From Octopus sinensis (lineage: Eukaryota), in NCBI RefSeq assembly GCF_006345805.1, contig NC_043016.1, positions 11,284,001 to 11,348,000 on the forward strand: a DNA stretch of 64,000 nucleotides, written 5' to 3'. Within the stretch, counting starts at the first letter, position 1; every line of letters starts with the position of its first letter. The notes beneath the pieces were generated by a model. The model did not search any database. It saw nothing but the letters and a program-made list of their open reading frames with translations, and had not been told where the DNA came from. Made by a program: the position numbers and the translations under genes. This document shows, one piece after another, positions 1-11,035 of the stretch.

Positions 1-220
1 CTGTCCCACAAGATCAAAATGTGTCAAGAAAGAAAACGAAAAGCTTTCTCACTATAAAGATCTGCAAATTGAAATCACAAAAATGTGGAAGTTTAGTACT
101 ACTATAATACCAGTGGTAATTGGTGCATTGGGAATGATAGAGAAGGGAGCTGAGAAGTATACTAAGCTACTGCCTGGTAATTCCAATCTTCATGAACTAC
201 AAAAGATAACCTTGCTATGA
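1..220 (+). mobile_element. R4/Dong-type non-LTR retrotransposon relic (C-terminal restriction-like endonuclease region)
   Basis: Manual translation with one frameshift: VPQDQNVSRK / EKLSHYKDLQIEITKMWKFSTTIIPVVIGALGMIEKGAEKYTKLLPGNSNLHELQKITLL*. This matches the KYxDLxxEIxxMW...PVVIGALG end of RLE-type LINEs. A related copy is at 58662-59040. Confidence 0.75.
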
Positions 221-248
221 ATTAACATTTCTTTTTCTTTATTTTCAG

Positions 249-374
249 GTTTCCCAAGATCTTTCCACTCATAAATGAAGAATATGTTGCTATGAAGACA
301 GTCGAAGCTACTCTGACCAATACATTATCTCTGATAATTCCACAGCATCTCACTGTCATTTTCTGGATAAAAAC
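249..374 (+). CDS. Penultimate coding exon of an SDR16C-family short-chain dehydrogenase/reductase (epidermal retinol dehydrogenase 2 / RDH10-like)
   Basis: Acceptor tttctttattttcag|G and donor AC|gtaaat. The 126-nt exon reads (R)FPKIFPLINEEYVAMKTVEATLTNTLSLIIPQHLTVIFWIK(T), resembling the SDR16C segment PSLLPILEPKYAVEKIVEAIL...P...LKS. Its phase matches the exon at 19083. Family call is from recalled similarity; orthology is not established. Confidence 0.85.
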
Positions 375-1801
375 GTAAATATCATGGCACACATATGCAC
401 ACACATTCACACACACACACATCTGTACATATGTATATACATACATACTTATACACATATATAGACACACACATATGTACATATATGTGTGTGTGTGTGT
501 GTGTGTGTAATACTACCCCATGTTGACCCCAGCTTAGTCTGACTTCATCCTCTTTTGGTGATTACACTATTTTCCTTTCTATGATGTTCTACATTACTGA
601 TCATATATGTAAATAAGTCTCCCTTTAACAAAATCATAAACCCCTTAGAAACTATAAAATCATACATACAATAACACCTGTAATATTACAACTTATAAAA
701 TCTCATCTGTCTGAATCCCCTTAACTGCCCCTAACTACATCCATACCTTACCTATTACCTCCTCTTTTCAGGTTACCCTTATCTTTTCTCTGCCTCTAAT
801 TCTAATCCCCTGTCTCTTCTTATTACTTTCTATGAATTTTTATTATTTTGTTTTCTTATTTTGATATCCTTACCTATTGACCTCTTATTCCTTGTAAGTT
901 GTTATTTTTCTTATTTGTAAATAGATATTTTTCAGTTACTTAAGTCTATGCGAGCTATTTATACTATATCCTTATAAGCTTATAAATATTTGTGTATGTG
1001 TATATAAGCATATATGCACATATCTATCTCTGTGTGTATATGTATACATTTTTACACTTTTCTGATTCATGGCTTTAAAATTAATAGATAGCATGCATAT
1101 CTTTCCAGTTATTCCATATGTAAATGCTTTGAGCAGTCATTATAGAAACTACCTAATAATTAATTAATTAAGTACATGAATAGATATTAAACTGATTCTA
1201 TGTAATCTTCATTTTTAATGTTTATAATTGATATATACACTTTACCAATTTTGATTATGATATAACTTTTGAAATTCTTAAATTTTATTTTTATACAACA
1301 TAATAATTTTGTTCATAAACATTCCCCCAGAGTGCCCCTAAATAAAATTTCCTCTGTGTTAACATCTTAGGTCTCTTAGCGTCTTGTCCCTTTAACTGGT
1401 AATTAACATCATGATTTAAAGTCTACCCCTACCCTGCCTCTTTTTATAGACAGTTACTTATAGCCAACTGACTACTCCAACTATCTTATTTCCTCCCTGA
1501 TGAAAAGAGATGCATATGGTAATATTTATGACCATGAGCTGTCAACTCTTGTCCTTTATTCAAAATAGACACAGTCTTCTTAGTCTTAGATTTAGTAGTT
1601 GGTAAAGGGGTAAATGAATTAGAAATGAATTACAACCCTTGCAATCCCATGACCTTACTATGCTCTCATTCTTAGAAGTTGTAGTCTATTCTTAGCTACA
1701 ATAGCAACAACATGAATTTCTTCCATCTTCTTGCTCTGATAAAATATTAAAGAAAAATTATATTAATGTGTCCTACTTGTTAAAATTCCATTTATTCATT
1801 T

Positions 1802-1889
1802 GTGCAGCTGAAGATGGCACTGCATCTAAATTAATGTAATGATTGCATTGTTCAATTAAATGGAGCTGCTTGAAATGGTTGTACTGCAT
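1802..1889 (+). ncRNA. Type I hammerhead-like ribozyme, intact core, long stem II
   Basis: Stem I GUGCAG/CUGCAU; core CUGAAGA; U.U, then GGCA/UGCU closing a 57-nt stem II domain; GAA; stem III AU/GU with GGUU loop; cleavage triplet GUA. A second copy is at 20362. Confidence 0.7.
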
Positions 1890-1922
1890 CACTACTTAAT
1901 ATCCTCGCTTATTTTGGTTTTA

Positions 1923-2009
<87 letters not shown>

Positions 2010-2102
2010 ATATCTATCTATCTATATATATATATATATATAAACATAGACACATACATATGTACACATGAATATACATACATACATACATATATATTCA
2101 TA

Positions 2103-2280
2103 CAGGCACAGGAGTGGCTGTGTGGTAAGTAGCTTACTCACCAACCACATGGTTCTGGGTTCAGTCCCACTGTGTGGCACCTTGGGCAAATGTCTTTTAC
2201 TATAGCCTCAGGCCGACCAAAGCCTTATGAGTGTATTTGGTAGATGGAAACTGAAAGAAGCCCTTTGTATATATATATAT
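2103..2280 (+). mobile_element. tRNA-derived SINE family 1 (5' half)
   Basis: Head GGCACAGGAGTGGCTGTGTGGTAAG, B-box-like GGTTCAGTCC, body shared with many copies in the window. Confidence 0.85.
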
Positions 2281-2429
2281 ATATATATAAACACAGACCC
2301 CCCCATATATATATATATATATATATATATAACGGGAAGCTTTATGAAAATAGACAAAAGACGAAGGCAGGTGGAAAACAAACGAACAATTGTATTAGTA
2401 TGGCGCTCAGGAAATATAAATAAAACAAG

Positions 2430-2467
2430 TCTTTAACGTTTTGAGCCTACGCTCTTCAACAGAAAGA
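2430..2467 (-). ncRNA. Degenerate minimal hammerhead in the PLE terminal repeat
   Basis: Minus strand: UCUUU-CUGUUGA-A-GAGC(GUAG)GCUC-AAA-ACGU-U-AAAGA. All three stems are intact but there are two core deviations (A6U, G12A). Confidence 0.55.
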
Positions 2468-2897
2468 TACACAGAGAAAAAAAAACACAGAAAGAAGGAG
2501 AGAAAAAAATGCGTGCAGTAGCTAACGAATCAACATGGCGATCTGATTTCGGCCAGAGGTCAAAGATCAAACATGAGACGCGAGAGCGAAATAAGAGGAG
2601 ATAATAGGGTTGATAATATGGTTGAAGGACAAGCTAATAGTGCGTAGGAGGGGTCTGGACGTGTGTATGTATAGGGTTGGTGTATGTATTAGTATGTATA
2701 AGGGTGTGTGTGTGTGTGTGTTTGTGTGTGTATGAGAGAGTATTAGGTGTAGGATTGGTGTGGACGTGCGTATGTATGGGGTTGGTGTATGTATTAGTAT
2801 GTATTAGTATGTATTAGTACGTATTAGTATGTATAAGTATGTGTGTGTGTGTGTATGAGAGAGTATAAGTGCGTATGAGGGGTCTGGACGTGTGTAT

Positions 2898-5509
2898 GTA
2901 TAGAGATGCATAGATAATATTGCTGGAGGTGCAGGTGAAAGGGAGTGGATGATGGGATAGGGTCGATGGTGGGTGCTAGTGAGCGGGTGGTGTTGGAGAG
3001 GTAAGGGCAAGTGCGGCAACGTGGGCGGGAGCAGGGGAACGAGCCGGGTTGGGAGGTAGGGTCAGGAAGGAGCTATGGACCAAAAGGTCTCGAAGGTTGT
3101 GGGTCGTTTGATAGAGGGGAGGGGTCGGTTAGGGAAGAGGTGTGAAGGGAAGGGTCGGACTGGAGATGACGGAAAGCTCGAAGAATGGTGCGTTGGAGAC
3201 GTAGGGTCGTGGGGTGGGAAGAGGGGGAAAAGGGAGGCGGAGAGAGGGAGACTACAGGGCGGGTTCGGGGAGAGAGAGCCGATACACGGCCCACGGACCG
3301 TGCTCTGGCAAGGGCGGTGTGGATAGTGGTGAGGGGGGTATCCACGTAGGGTGAAGTGGTGAGCCATACGTTGAGACTGAGTCTCAAAGTCATGGTCGTC
3401 ACTACAGAGCCTACGTAGACGGAGGAATTGGGAATAGGGAATGGAAAGCTTGGTGTGTTCTGGGTGGGAGGAAGAGAAGTTGAGGTATGAGTGTGAGTCT
3501 GTGTGTTTTTTGTTGTGAATGGAGGTGGTAAGAGTGGAGTGAAGAATGCTAACCGAAATGTCGAGGAAGGAGACAGAGATGTTGGAGATAGTGGAAGTGA
3601 AGTGGAGGGCTGGATGGAAAGATTGGACGAAAGAGAGGAAGGAACCTAGATGTTCGCGGGAGAGTGAGGTGGCACCGATAATGTCGTCGATGTAACGACC
3701 ATATAGTTCGGGAGTGGGACCAGTGAAATTAGAGAATATTTGGGCCTCAACATAGCCAACGAACAGGTTCGCATAGTTGGGGCCCATTCGCGTTCCCATG
3801 GCCACTCCCGAGACCTGATGGTAGAACTCGCCCGCGAACGAGAAGCAGTTCAGAGTAAGGACAAGTTCGGCCAGACGAATGAGTGTGGAGGTGTCAGGTA
3901 CAGGGTTAGAGCGGAGGTCAAGAAAGTGTCGAAGGGCCTGCAGTCCTTCGTGGTGAGGGATAACAGTATAGAGGCTTGGATGTCCATAGTAAAAAGGATT
4001 TTGGAGGAGCCGGGAGGAAAGGAGAAAGAGTTGAAAAGCCGGAGAGCATGGTTGGTATCGTGGATGTGGGAGGGAAGAGATGCCACTAGGGGGGCAAGGA
4101 CACGGTCGAGGTATTTAGAGATGAGCTCCGTGGGGCAGTTACAGGCGGAGACGATGGGGCGGCCAGGGTTGTTGGGTTTGTGGATTTTGGGGAGGAAGTA
4201 AATGGGGGTGTACGTGGGGTTCGCACAATTAGGTTGGATGCGGTGCGGGGGAGACGGGAGGACGAGATGAGGTCGTGACACAGTAGAGGATACCGTCTGT
4301 TGGTAGCTACGTGTGGGGTTAGAGGGCAGAGGGGAATAGAAGGAGGTGTCATTGAGTTGGGGAAAGCCTCGGCCCTATAGAGGTCCGCGCGCCATACCAC
4401 TACAGCTCCACCCTTGTCAGCCGGTTCGATGATAATGTCAGCGCGCCGTTGGAGGGAACGAAGAGCCAAGAGCTCAGCCGGGGAGATGTTGAGGCGGCGT
4501 TGGCGCCTGGAGAAGTTGAACCGCTCCAATGCACGCTGACAAGCGCCCGCGAAAAGATCCACTGCTAGGATATGGCCAGGGGCAGGCGTCCACGGGGATG
4601 GTCGGCGGCCCAGGCCAGTGAAGCAGTGCTCTTCGTTGGGTGTGGGTGGCGAGTCGTGGTAATGCGCACCCAACCGGACACGGCGCACAAAGCTGTGGAC
4701 ATCAACTCGCGTCTGGAATTCCTTACAGGATGGAGTGAGGGGGATGAAACGCAGACCCCTACCAAGGACGGAGCGTTCAGCCGCAGAGAGGGGAGATCGG
4801 GGGGAATGGTAACAACAGACGGAAGTGGAGAAGGGGTGGGTGGAATAGAAAGTAGGAGGGGTGGTAGGTCTCGTGGAGGTCTGAGGGGGAGGGATTGGAG
4901 AGGTGTGTGTGGGGGTGGTTGGGCGGGGCAGTAGGGTTAGGTGTAGGTGGATGGAGCCTATCGGGAGGGGAGAAGGGGTTGTAGGGAGGGGCAGTGGGGT
5001 TAGGTGTGGATGGATGGAGCCTATCGGAAGGGGAGAAGGGTGGTGGAGGAGTTGGGGTAGTGGCGTCGGGTAGGGTGGAATGGAAGAGTGATTGGAGTTT
5101 ACGAAGTTTGGTATCAGAAAGAAATTGATGGAAGAGTTGATTCAAATGGATAATGAAGCGTAGCGTGTTTGGAGCATAGAGAGGCGGCAGAGAGAGAGAA
5201 GAAGGTGGAGAAAGCAGGAGGAAGAAGGCGGTTGATGGCATGTAGTTTGGAGAGATTGGAGCGAATGGTGGCCGCATAAGGCGGTAAGATGTGGTGCGGA
5301 GTATGGGTAAGATGGAAGAATCCAAGTGGAGAGCAGGGTGGAAGTGGAGGCGGAAACCTTTAGGGATGAGTCGGTGATGTAGGCAGCGGCTTAGGAAAGA
5401 GACATGGCTAGAGAAGCGGGTTTTTTTGAAGGCAATATACAGGTAGTGAACGGAGATGATCCTTCAAACGGTGATGGAGGGTGAGGAGGTAGGACCTAGG
5501 ATCCGGCAT
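2898..5509 (-). pseudogene. Disrupted PLE ORF (N-terminal domain, reverse transcriptase, Cys linker, truncated GIY-YIG endonuclease)
   Basis: Motifs in order: FLSRCLHHRLIPKGFRL; IIIEPADKGGAVVVW; YFLPKIHKPNNPGRPIVS; LFTMDI; AMGTRMGPNYANLFVG; YGRYIDDI; SFLDI; HPEHTKLSIPYSQFLRLRRLCS; RGYP; GSFPCSRPRCRTCPYL (3001-3048); FTCTSSNIIY (about 2910-2939). Multiple frameshifts and stops. Confidence 0.9.
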
Positions 5510-6436
5510 GATAGGATAGCGGAAAAAAAACGTTCGAAAAAACAAAAAAAACAAAAACAAAACAAAAAAACAAAAATAATCGTATGAAAAAAATAGAAAA
5601 AAAGGGAAAAAACAAACGTTCAAAAAACAACAAAAATAATAATCGTATGAAAAAACTAGATAAGTAAGCGATAGGGGCAGAAAAGACGGGGCAAACGGAA
5701 AAGGAAAGAAAGAGGGAAGCAGAGAGAGGGGGAGGCAAAAAAAAGGGGGGTGCAGGCAGAGGAAACGGAGTATGGACATCCAGAGAGGGAAGAAAGACAA
5801 AGGAGAACAAAAATGCAGGAAATGTGGAAAGCATGAAATGAATGTAAAAAAAGTGGTAATATAAGAGAAAAAAAAATACAACAAACGGGACAGTTTATGC
5901 GAACAAGTTCAAGGTTGAAAGTTCAAGGTGAGAAATGTGTAGACGTCGTGGTATATTTTTAAGGATTTCACATCAATGCAAAGTCACTTTGATCGCGAAA
6001 GAGAGGTGCAGCCAATGGTATATAATATATATATATGGGGGGGGGGTCTGTGTTTGTCCCCCCACCCAACATTGCTCAACAACCGACACTTAGTTTCATG
6101 CATTGCCACTTGACAACTGCCAATGCATGAAACTCTCTGACCTTGAGAATCAGTCTGTTGCTTCTGCTAAATATTAATAAAGATATACATATACTCATAT
6201 TCTGAGTTCTAGTTTTCCTGTTTGGAGCAACATACCTATATATATATATGTTTGGACTGACGAATGGAGAGCATGTTACACAGCTGACCATGAAATCATT
6301 GCAATATGCAACAGAACCTTTTTAAAAGAATTGTTTTCCTTGTTCTTTCCCTTGGTTTCGACTAAAGGCAGTGCTCCAGAATGGCAGCAGTCAAATGACT
6401 AAATCAAGCAAAAGAATAAAAGAATATATATATATA

Positions 6437-6600
6437 TGGGCATGGCTGTGTGGTTAGGGAGCTTGCTTCCTAGCTACATGGTTTCAGGTTCAGTCCCACT
6501 GCGTGGCACTTTGGATAGGTGTCTTCCACTATAGCCCCGAGCCGACCGGAGCTTTGTCATTGAATTCGGTAGGTGAAAGTTACTGCCGTGTATATATGTG
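6437..6600 (+). mobile_element. SINE family 1, 5' part
   Basis: GGCATGGCTGTGTGGTTAGG...GGTTCAGTCCCACTGCGTGGCAC. Confidence 0.8.
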
Positions 6601-6849
6601 TGCGTATAGCTGCTCAGTGCCTCTCCGAAAGAGAGAGAGGGATACACACACACACACACACACAAACACATACAATTTAAAGAAGAGTTTCTAATAATTT
6701 CATGCTGTAGTGATACCAATAATTTGGCAGATTTATAGAATAAGCTATGTGTCTCCAATACTCTTTACAGCATGAAACTATTGGTTGCTCTATTTTAGAT
6801 TTTGTGTATATTAATTAATATTTATCTCTCACTAGATGATAATGGAAGA

Positions 6850-7225
6850 AGGTGTGGCATGTGGTAAGAAGCTTGCTTCCCAGCCTCATGATTCCAGCTT
6901 CAGTGCCACTGCATGGCCCCTTGGGCAAGTGTCTTACACTATAGCCTGGGGAAGATAAAAGCCTTATGAACAGATCTGGCACATTGAAACTGAAAGAAGC
7001 CCGTCATATATGCGTGTGTGTTTGTGTATGTATGTGTGTGTGTGTCTGTCTGTTTGTCCCCCCACCACCACTAGACAACTGATGTTGGTGTGTTTATGTC
7101 CCTGTAACTTTGTGGTTCAGCAAAAAGAGATGGATAGAATAAGCACCAGGCTTAAAAATAAGCCCTTTCAACTAAAATTCCTGAAGATAGTGCTCCAGCA
7201 TGGCCACTATCTAATGACCGAAACA
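6850..7225 (+). mobile_element. SINE family 1, diverged full copy
   Basis: Head, internal microsatellite and CCAGCATGGCC...GAAACAAATAAA tail. Confidence 0.8.
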
Positions 7226-7734
7226 AATAAAAAAATATAAACAGGCAGACAGATGTATAGACAGATAGACAGACAAACAGACAGACGGACGGACAGACAG
7301 ATAAATATACAGACATCCATCCATACATATAGATATATACATTACATACATGTGTACATATACATATATGTACTCACTCATACACACACATACATACATG
7401 CACGTATGCACACATTTAGAGCTATAAGGAAGAACATGTACACACACACATACGTATGTAAAAATCCAGTGAATCTCACATCTGCTTCAATGATGCATGT
7501 CAATGCTGTTCAATCAATAAAGCCATTTACTCATTGAACAACTGTGTGGGCGGTTCAGCATTCGACAGACACTTATACCCCTGACATAAGTAAGTTCTCA
7601 GGTGGAATTGGCACAACCACAATATGCAGCACCGCAGGAATTACAGGTATGGCTCACCTGCTGGGTTTCCACAAGGTTTTTGTGTTTCGTTGTTTTATAA
7701 CGAAAGTGGGCGTATACTTGATAAGCGTCTGTAG

Positions 7735-7900
7735 GCACGGGCATGGCTGTGTGGTTAAGAAACTTGCTTTGCAAACATGAAGCTTCAGGTTCAATCCCAT
7801 GGTGGAAAAAAGATGGTCAAGTGTCTTTTACTGTAGCCCCAGGAGACCAATGCCTGATGAGTTGAATTTGGTAAATGGAGACTGTGTGGATGTCCATCGT
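7735..7900 (+). mobile_element. SINE family 1, 5' part
   Basis: GGCACGGGCATGGCTGTGTGGTTAAG head. Confidence 0.75.
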
Positions 7901-7943
7901 GTGTGTGTGTGTGTACATATATATATGTATGTATATATATATG

Positions 7944-7975
<32 letters not shown>

Positions 7976-8029
7976 TGTATGTATGTATATGTATATATAT
8001 GTATATGTATGTATATATATATATAAAGT

Positions 8030-8231
8030 TAATCCAAAAAAGAAAACAAAAACAAAAAAACACAACAACGCAAGGACGTGGAACAAATATAGTATTATTG
8101 GAGGCTCAGGAAAGAAGGGAAGAAGGAGGGTTTTACGTTTCGAGTGAAGCTCTTCGTCGGAAACATAGGAGAAGGGAGAAAGGAAGAAGACAGAGGAAAA
8201 AAATCGCCAGTGGTACAGACGAGGTCACATA

Positions 8232-8235
<4 letters not shown>
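8030..8235 (-). mobile_element. Solo PLE-type terminal repeat fragment
   Basis: Contains a hammerhead motif. Its 3' tail recurs on the + strand at about 19391-19472, and it resembles the repeat at 63189-63400. Confidence 0.6.
8130..8164 (-). ncRNA. Minimal type I hammerhead-like motif (U4C core variant)
   Basis: GUUU-CCGACGA-A-GAG(CUUCA)CUC-GAA-ACGU-A-AAAC. The palindromic ACGU stem III implies dimeric folding. Confidence 0.65.
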
Positions 8236-8268
<33 letters not shown>

Positions 8269-8399
8269 ATATATATGTATATGTATAGTTATTATGTATG
8301 TATATATATGTATATATATATAATGATAATCCTTTCTACTGGAAGCACAAGGCCTCAAATTTGGGGGAAGGGTTTAAGTCAATAATAATAAATGGGTTT

Positions 8400-8605
8400 C
8401 AAATTTTGCCAAAAGGCCAACAGGTTTGGGGGAGGAGATAGGTTGATTACATCGTCCCCAGTGTTCAACTGGTACTTATTTTTCTCGACCCCAAAAGATG
8501 AAAAGCAAAGTCTACCTGGGCAGAATTTGAACTCAGAACGCAAAAAACAGATGATATACTAAGAATTTTGCCTGGCATACGAACAATTCTGCCAGTTTAC
8601 CATCT
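8400..8605 (-). mobile_element. tRNA-derived SINE family 2
   Basis: Reverse complement of the GAGCTGGCAGAA...GAGTTCAAATTC...CTTTGCCTTTCATC consensus. Confidence 0.75.
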
Positions 8606-9592
8606 TAATAAGAACAACAACAGTTACTACACACAACAACACCATTCTAACATTTCAAAAATTCTTAAATTTATTATAAAGGAAATATTAACTTATCGAA
8701 ATTCTTTAGTGAATCGTTAAAACTGCTGCTGATAAAATTATTTTTTATTTTGTTTCGTTTTTCCCAAATCTCACATTTATTTTTTTTATTTGTGTTTATT
8801 TATTTATTTATTTATTTTTTTTTTTTTTTTTCTAAGACAGTTTGAAATTGTCTGGTCTTAAATTCTTCATCATTTATCAATTTCTTTGTGAACATCCATG
8901 TTTGAAATTCTTCTATTCTCTTACCATTCCTAACCGGTTGTTATGAGTTTGAGCTAAAATAGAACTTACAGTGTGTGTGAATACAGATATATATTAATGA
9001 AAAAGGCACCCTCCGACCAATGCTGTTGTAACTACACTAGCATACATCTGTCACACTAGCACACATAAATTATCAAAGGCATGCATATATATGTACACAC
9101 ACACACACATACGCACACACCAGACATGAACACATCCATGCATACATGTTCTACCAGACTAACAGGCTTATAAATACCTATAAACCACAGAAACCCACAA
9201 AATACTGAGGAGCTTAAGTCAGTGCTAAAAGAAAAGCAATCGTCTTTGCTTTCAAGATGAAAGCTGTTCTTTCATCAGGATAATGCTTGGCTACATACAG
9301 TGAGGGTGACATTCCAAAGGCTGGAGCAGTTTGAATGGGAAATGATGCCTCACCCACCATATTTGGCAGACATTGCTCCATCTGATTATCATTTATTCCG
9401 CAGTCTTCAAAATCATTGGGACAGAAAAAATATGAATTCTGTAGACAAGGTCAGAACAATACTGGAGGAATATTTTTCATTGTGGACAGGTGAATTTTGG
9501 AAGAGGGGCCTTGCAAGTCTACCAGATAGATAGAAGAACATTGTAGAAAATGAAGGAGGATATATTTTAGATTAAAAAAGAACTTTATCTTA

Positions 9593-9685
9593 GAATCTTA
9601 GGGTTAGTAGCCCGTGCTTTTAACCACTACACCATATACTCGGTCTACTAACCCCAAGATTCCAAATTCAATTTCAGGCAGTGAA

Positions 9686-9722
<37 letters not shown>

Positions 9723-9901
9723 TCGAAAAATACCTTAGGAATGAGACCCAGGCTTGAAATTTCCTCAAGACACCTAATGAAGGCTGGAGGGTATATCAGC
9801 TGAAACGTTGAGTTAACAACAAACAAGATGAGGAGAAATACCTGTCAAATGTAAATAATGTAAATTAAGCACATAATTCCTCATCTCTTAAATATAGAAC
9901 T
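9593..9901 (+). mobile_element. tRNA-head / (AAT)n / hammerhead element (copy A) with a short inverted 5' segment
   Basis: Same body as 11277-11775. Flanked by the direct repeat AGAACTTTATCTTA at 9579-9592 and 9896-9909, which overlaps the element end by AGAACT. Confidence 0.8.
9769..9814 (+). ncRNA. Hammerhead-like motif, G5A mutant
   Basis: GACAC-CUAAUGA-A-GGCUG(10 nt)CAGCU-GAA-ACGU-U-GAGUU. Confidence 0.55.
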
Positions 9902-9987
9902 TTATCTTAATTTTGAACATTGTAAGAAGTATAAAAAAAACTGCATTATTTATGGGATGACTCAATATATATATACATATATATATA

Positions 9988-10222
9988 CCGGAGTAAACAC
10001 ATCAATGTGAAACAAGGTGGAAAAAAGAGTACTCAAATACCAGTGGTAGAGTAATATGCTTTATTCAAAGCAGCAGAAAATATTTAAAGCAGCAGAAAAT
10101 AATAGTCTGGATAGAATTGACATATCGGTTCCATTCTAGCAAAAACTGTCCGATGAACGGCAACGGGAAACTCAGAGTAACAGGTTTTGTTGAATTTTCT
10201 GCTGCTTTAAATAATATATATA
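9988..10222. mobile_element. PLE-type terminal repeat: inverted 3' fragments followed by a sense copy carrying a hammerhead
   Basis: 9988-10100 is antisense to the repeat's 3' end (a sense fragment is at about 32420-32500). TTTTCTGCTGCTTT occurs in both orientations. Confidence 0.6.
10146..10183 (+). ncRNA. Minimal type I hammerhead-like motif (U4C variant)
   Basis: CUGU-CCGAUGA-A-CG(GCAA)CG-G-GAA-ACUC(A)GAGU-A-ACAG. A 1-nt loop 3 requires dimer formation. Confidence 0.6.
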
Positions 10223-10223
10223 C

Positions 10224-10264
<41 letters not shown>

Positions 10265-10580
10265 TGTATGTGCATACATACATAAATACACTGAGTGGTT
10301 TGGCTGTGATATAGTAATGCTGGAACTATCTCACATGATGATAGTACGAATTTTCAAAAGCCAATTCCACAGACACCTTTTGTCACTCTAGTATTTAACA
10401 ATGAACGGTGAATAGTCAATAGACTTGTTGAATCTTTCTGTTTGACTTCATACTGTCAAAGACCGTATAGTTCGTGTTTATGACATGTGAAAATGAAGCA
10501 AATCTATTCTCATATTTTGAATTTTAGCATCTGTTTTCCCATGTAGGAAGCCATAATTAGGTATAACTTTTGCATGTATA

Positions 10581-10631
<51 letters not shown>

Positions 10632-10884
10632 ATGTGTGTGTATGTGTTTGTGTGTGTGCATGTGTGTATATTTGTGTGTGCATGTGTATGTGTGTGTGTG
10701 TTCATGTGTATGTGCTCGTGTGTGCATGTGTATGCATTTGTGTGTGCATGTGTATGTGCATGTGTGTGTATGTGTGTGTGACAGTGCATGAATGTATATC
10801 AATGGTTGACATTCTATGGTTTTCGCTAGAGGAAAATGGTGGTGCATTGAGATTCCTTGTTTCCGTTGTCATTAGTGCAAAGAC

Positions 10885-11035
10885 ACATGGCCTAGTGGTT
10901 AGGGTGTTGCACTCACACTTACGGCTGCATGATCGTGGTTTCAATTCCTAGACAGGACCAGACCAGGCGATGCATTGTGTTCTTGAGCAAAACACTTCAT
11001 TTCACGTTGCTCCACTCCATTCAACTGTAAATGAC
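10885..11035 (+). mobile_element. tRNA-derived SINE family 3, 5' part
   Basis: GGCCTAGTGGTTAGGG...GGTTTCAATTCC...TTCTTGAGCAAAACACTTCATTTCACGTTGCTCC. Confidence 0.7.

Larger units (their letters stand above)
2331..5900 (-). mobile_element. Penelope-like retroelement (Neptune-type), near full length and decayed, with 3' terminal repeat at about 2331-2640
   Basis: PLE-type RT motifs, a Cys-rich linker and the start of GIY-YIG on the minus strand; a terminal repeat carrying a hammerhead-like motif. The left end is sharp against a (TA)n tract; the right end is approximate. Confidence 0.9.
9200..9965 (+). mobile_element. Mariner (D34D-type) transposase 3' relic with right TIR, interrupted by an insertion at 9593-9901
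   Basis: FHQDNAWLHT...PHPPYLADIAPSDYHLFRSLQNH...GLASLPDR*KNIVENEGGYILD*. TIR-like end AAACTGCATTATTTATGGGATGACTCAATA followed by TA. Confidence 0.85.

Noticed and set aside
1493-1560. CTGATGAA followed by AAGAG...CTCTT
   Set aside because: No GAAA at the required position. At most a heavily decayed terminal-repeat relic.
3075-4934. Plus-strand Arg/Gly-rich ORFs
   Set aside because: Antisense shadows of the GC-rich PLE coding strand.
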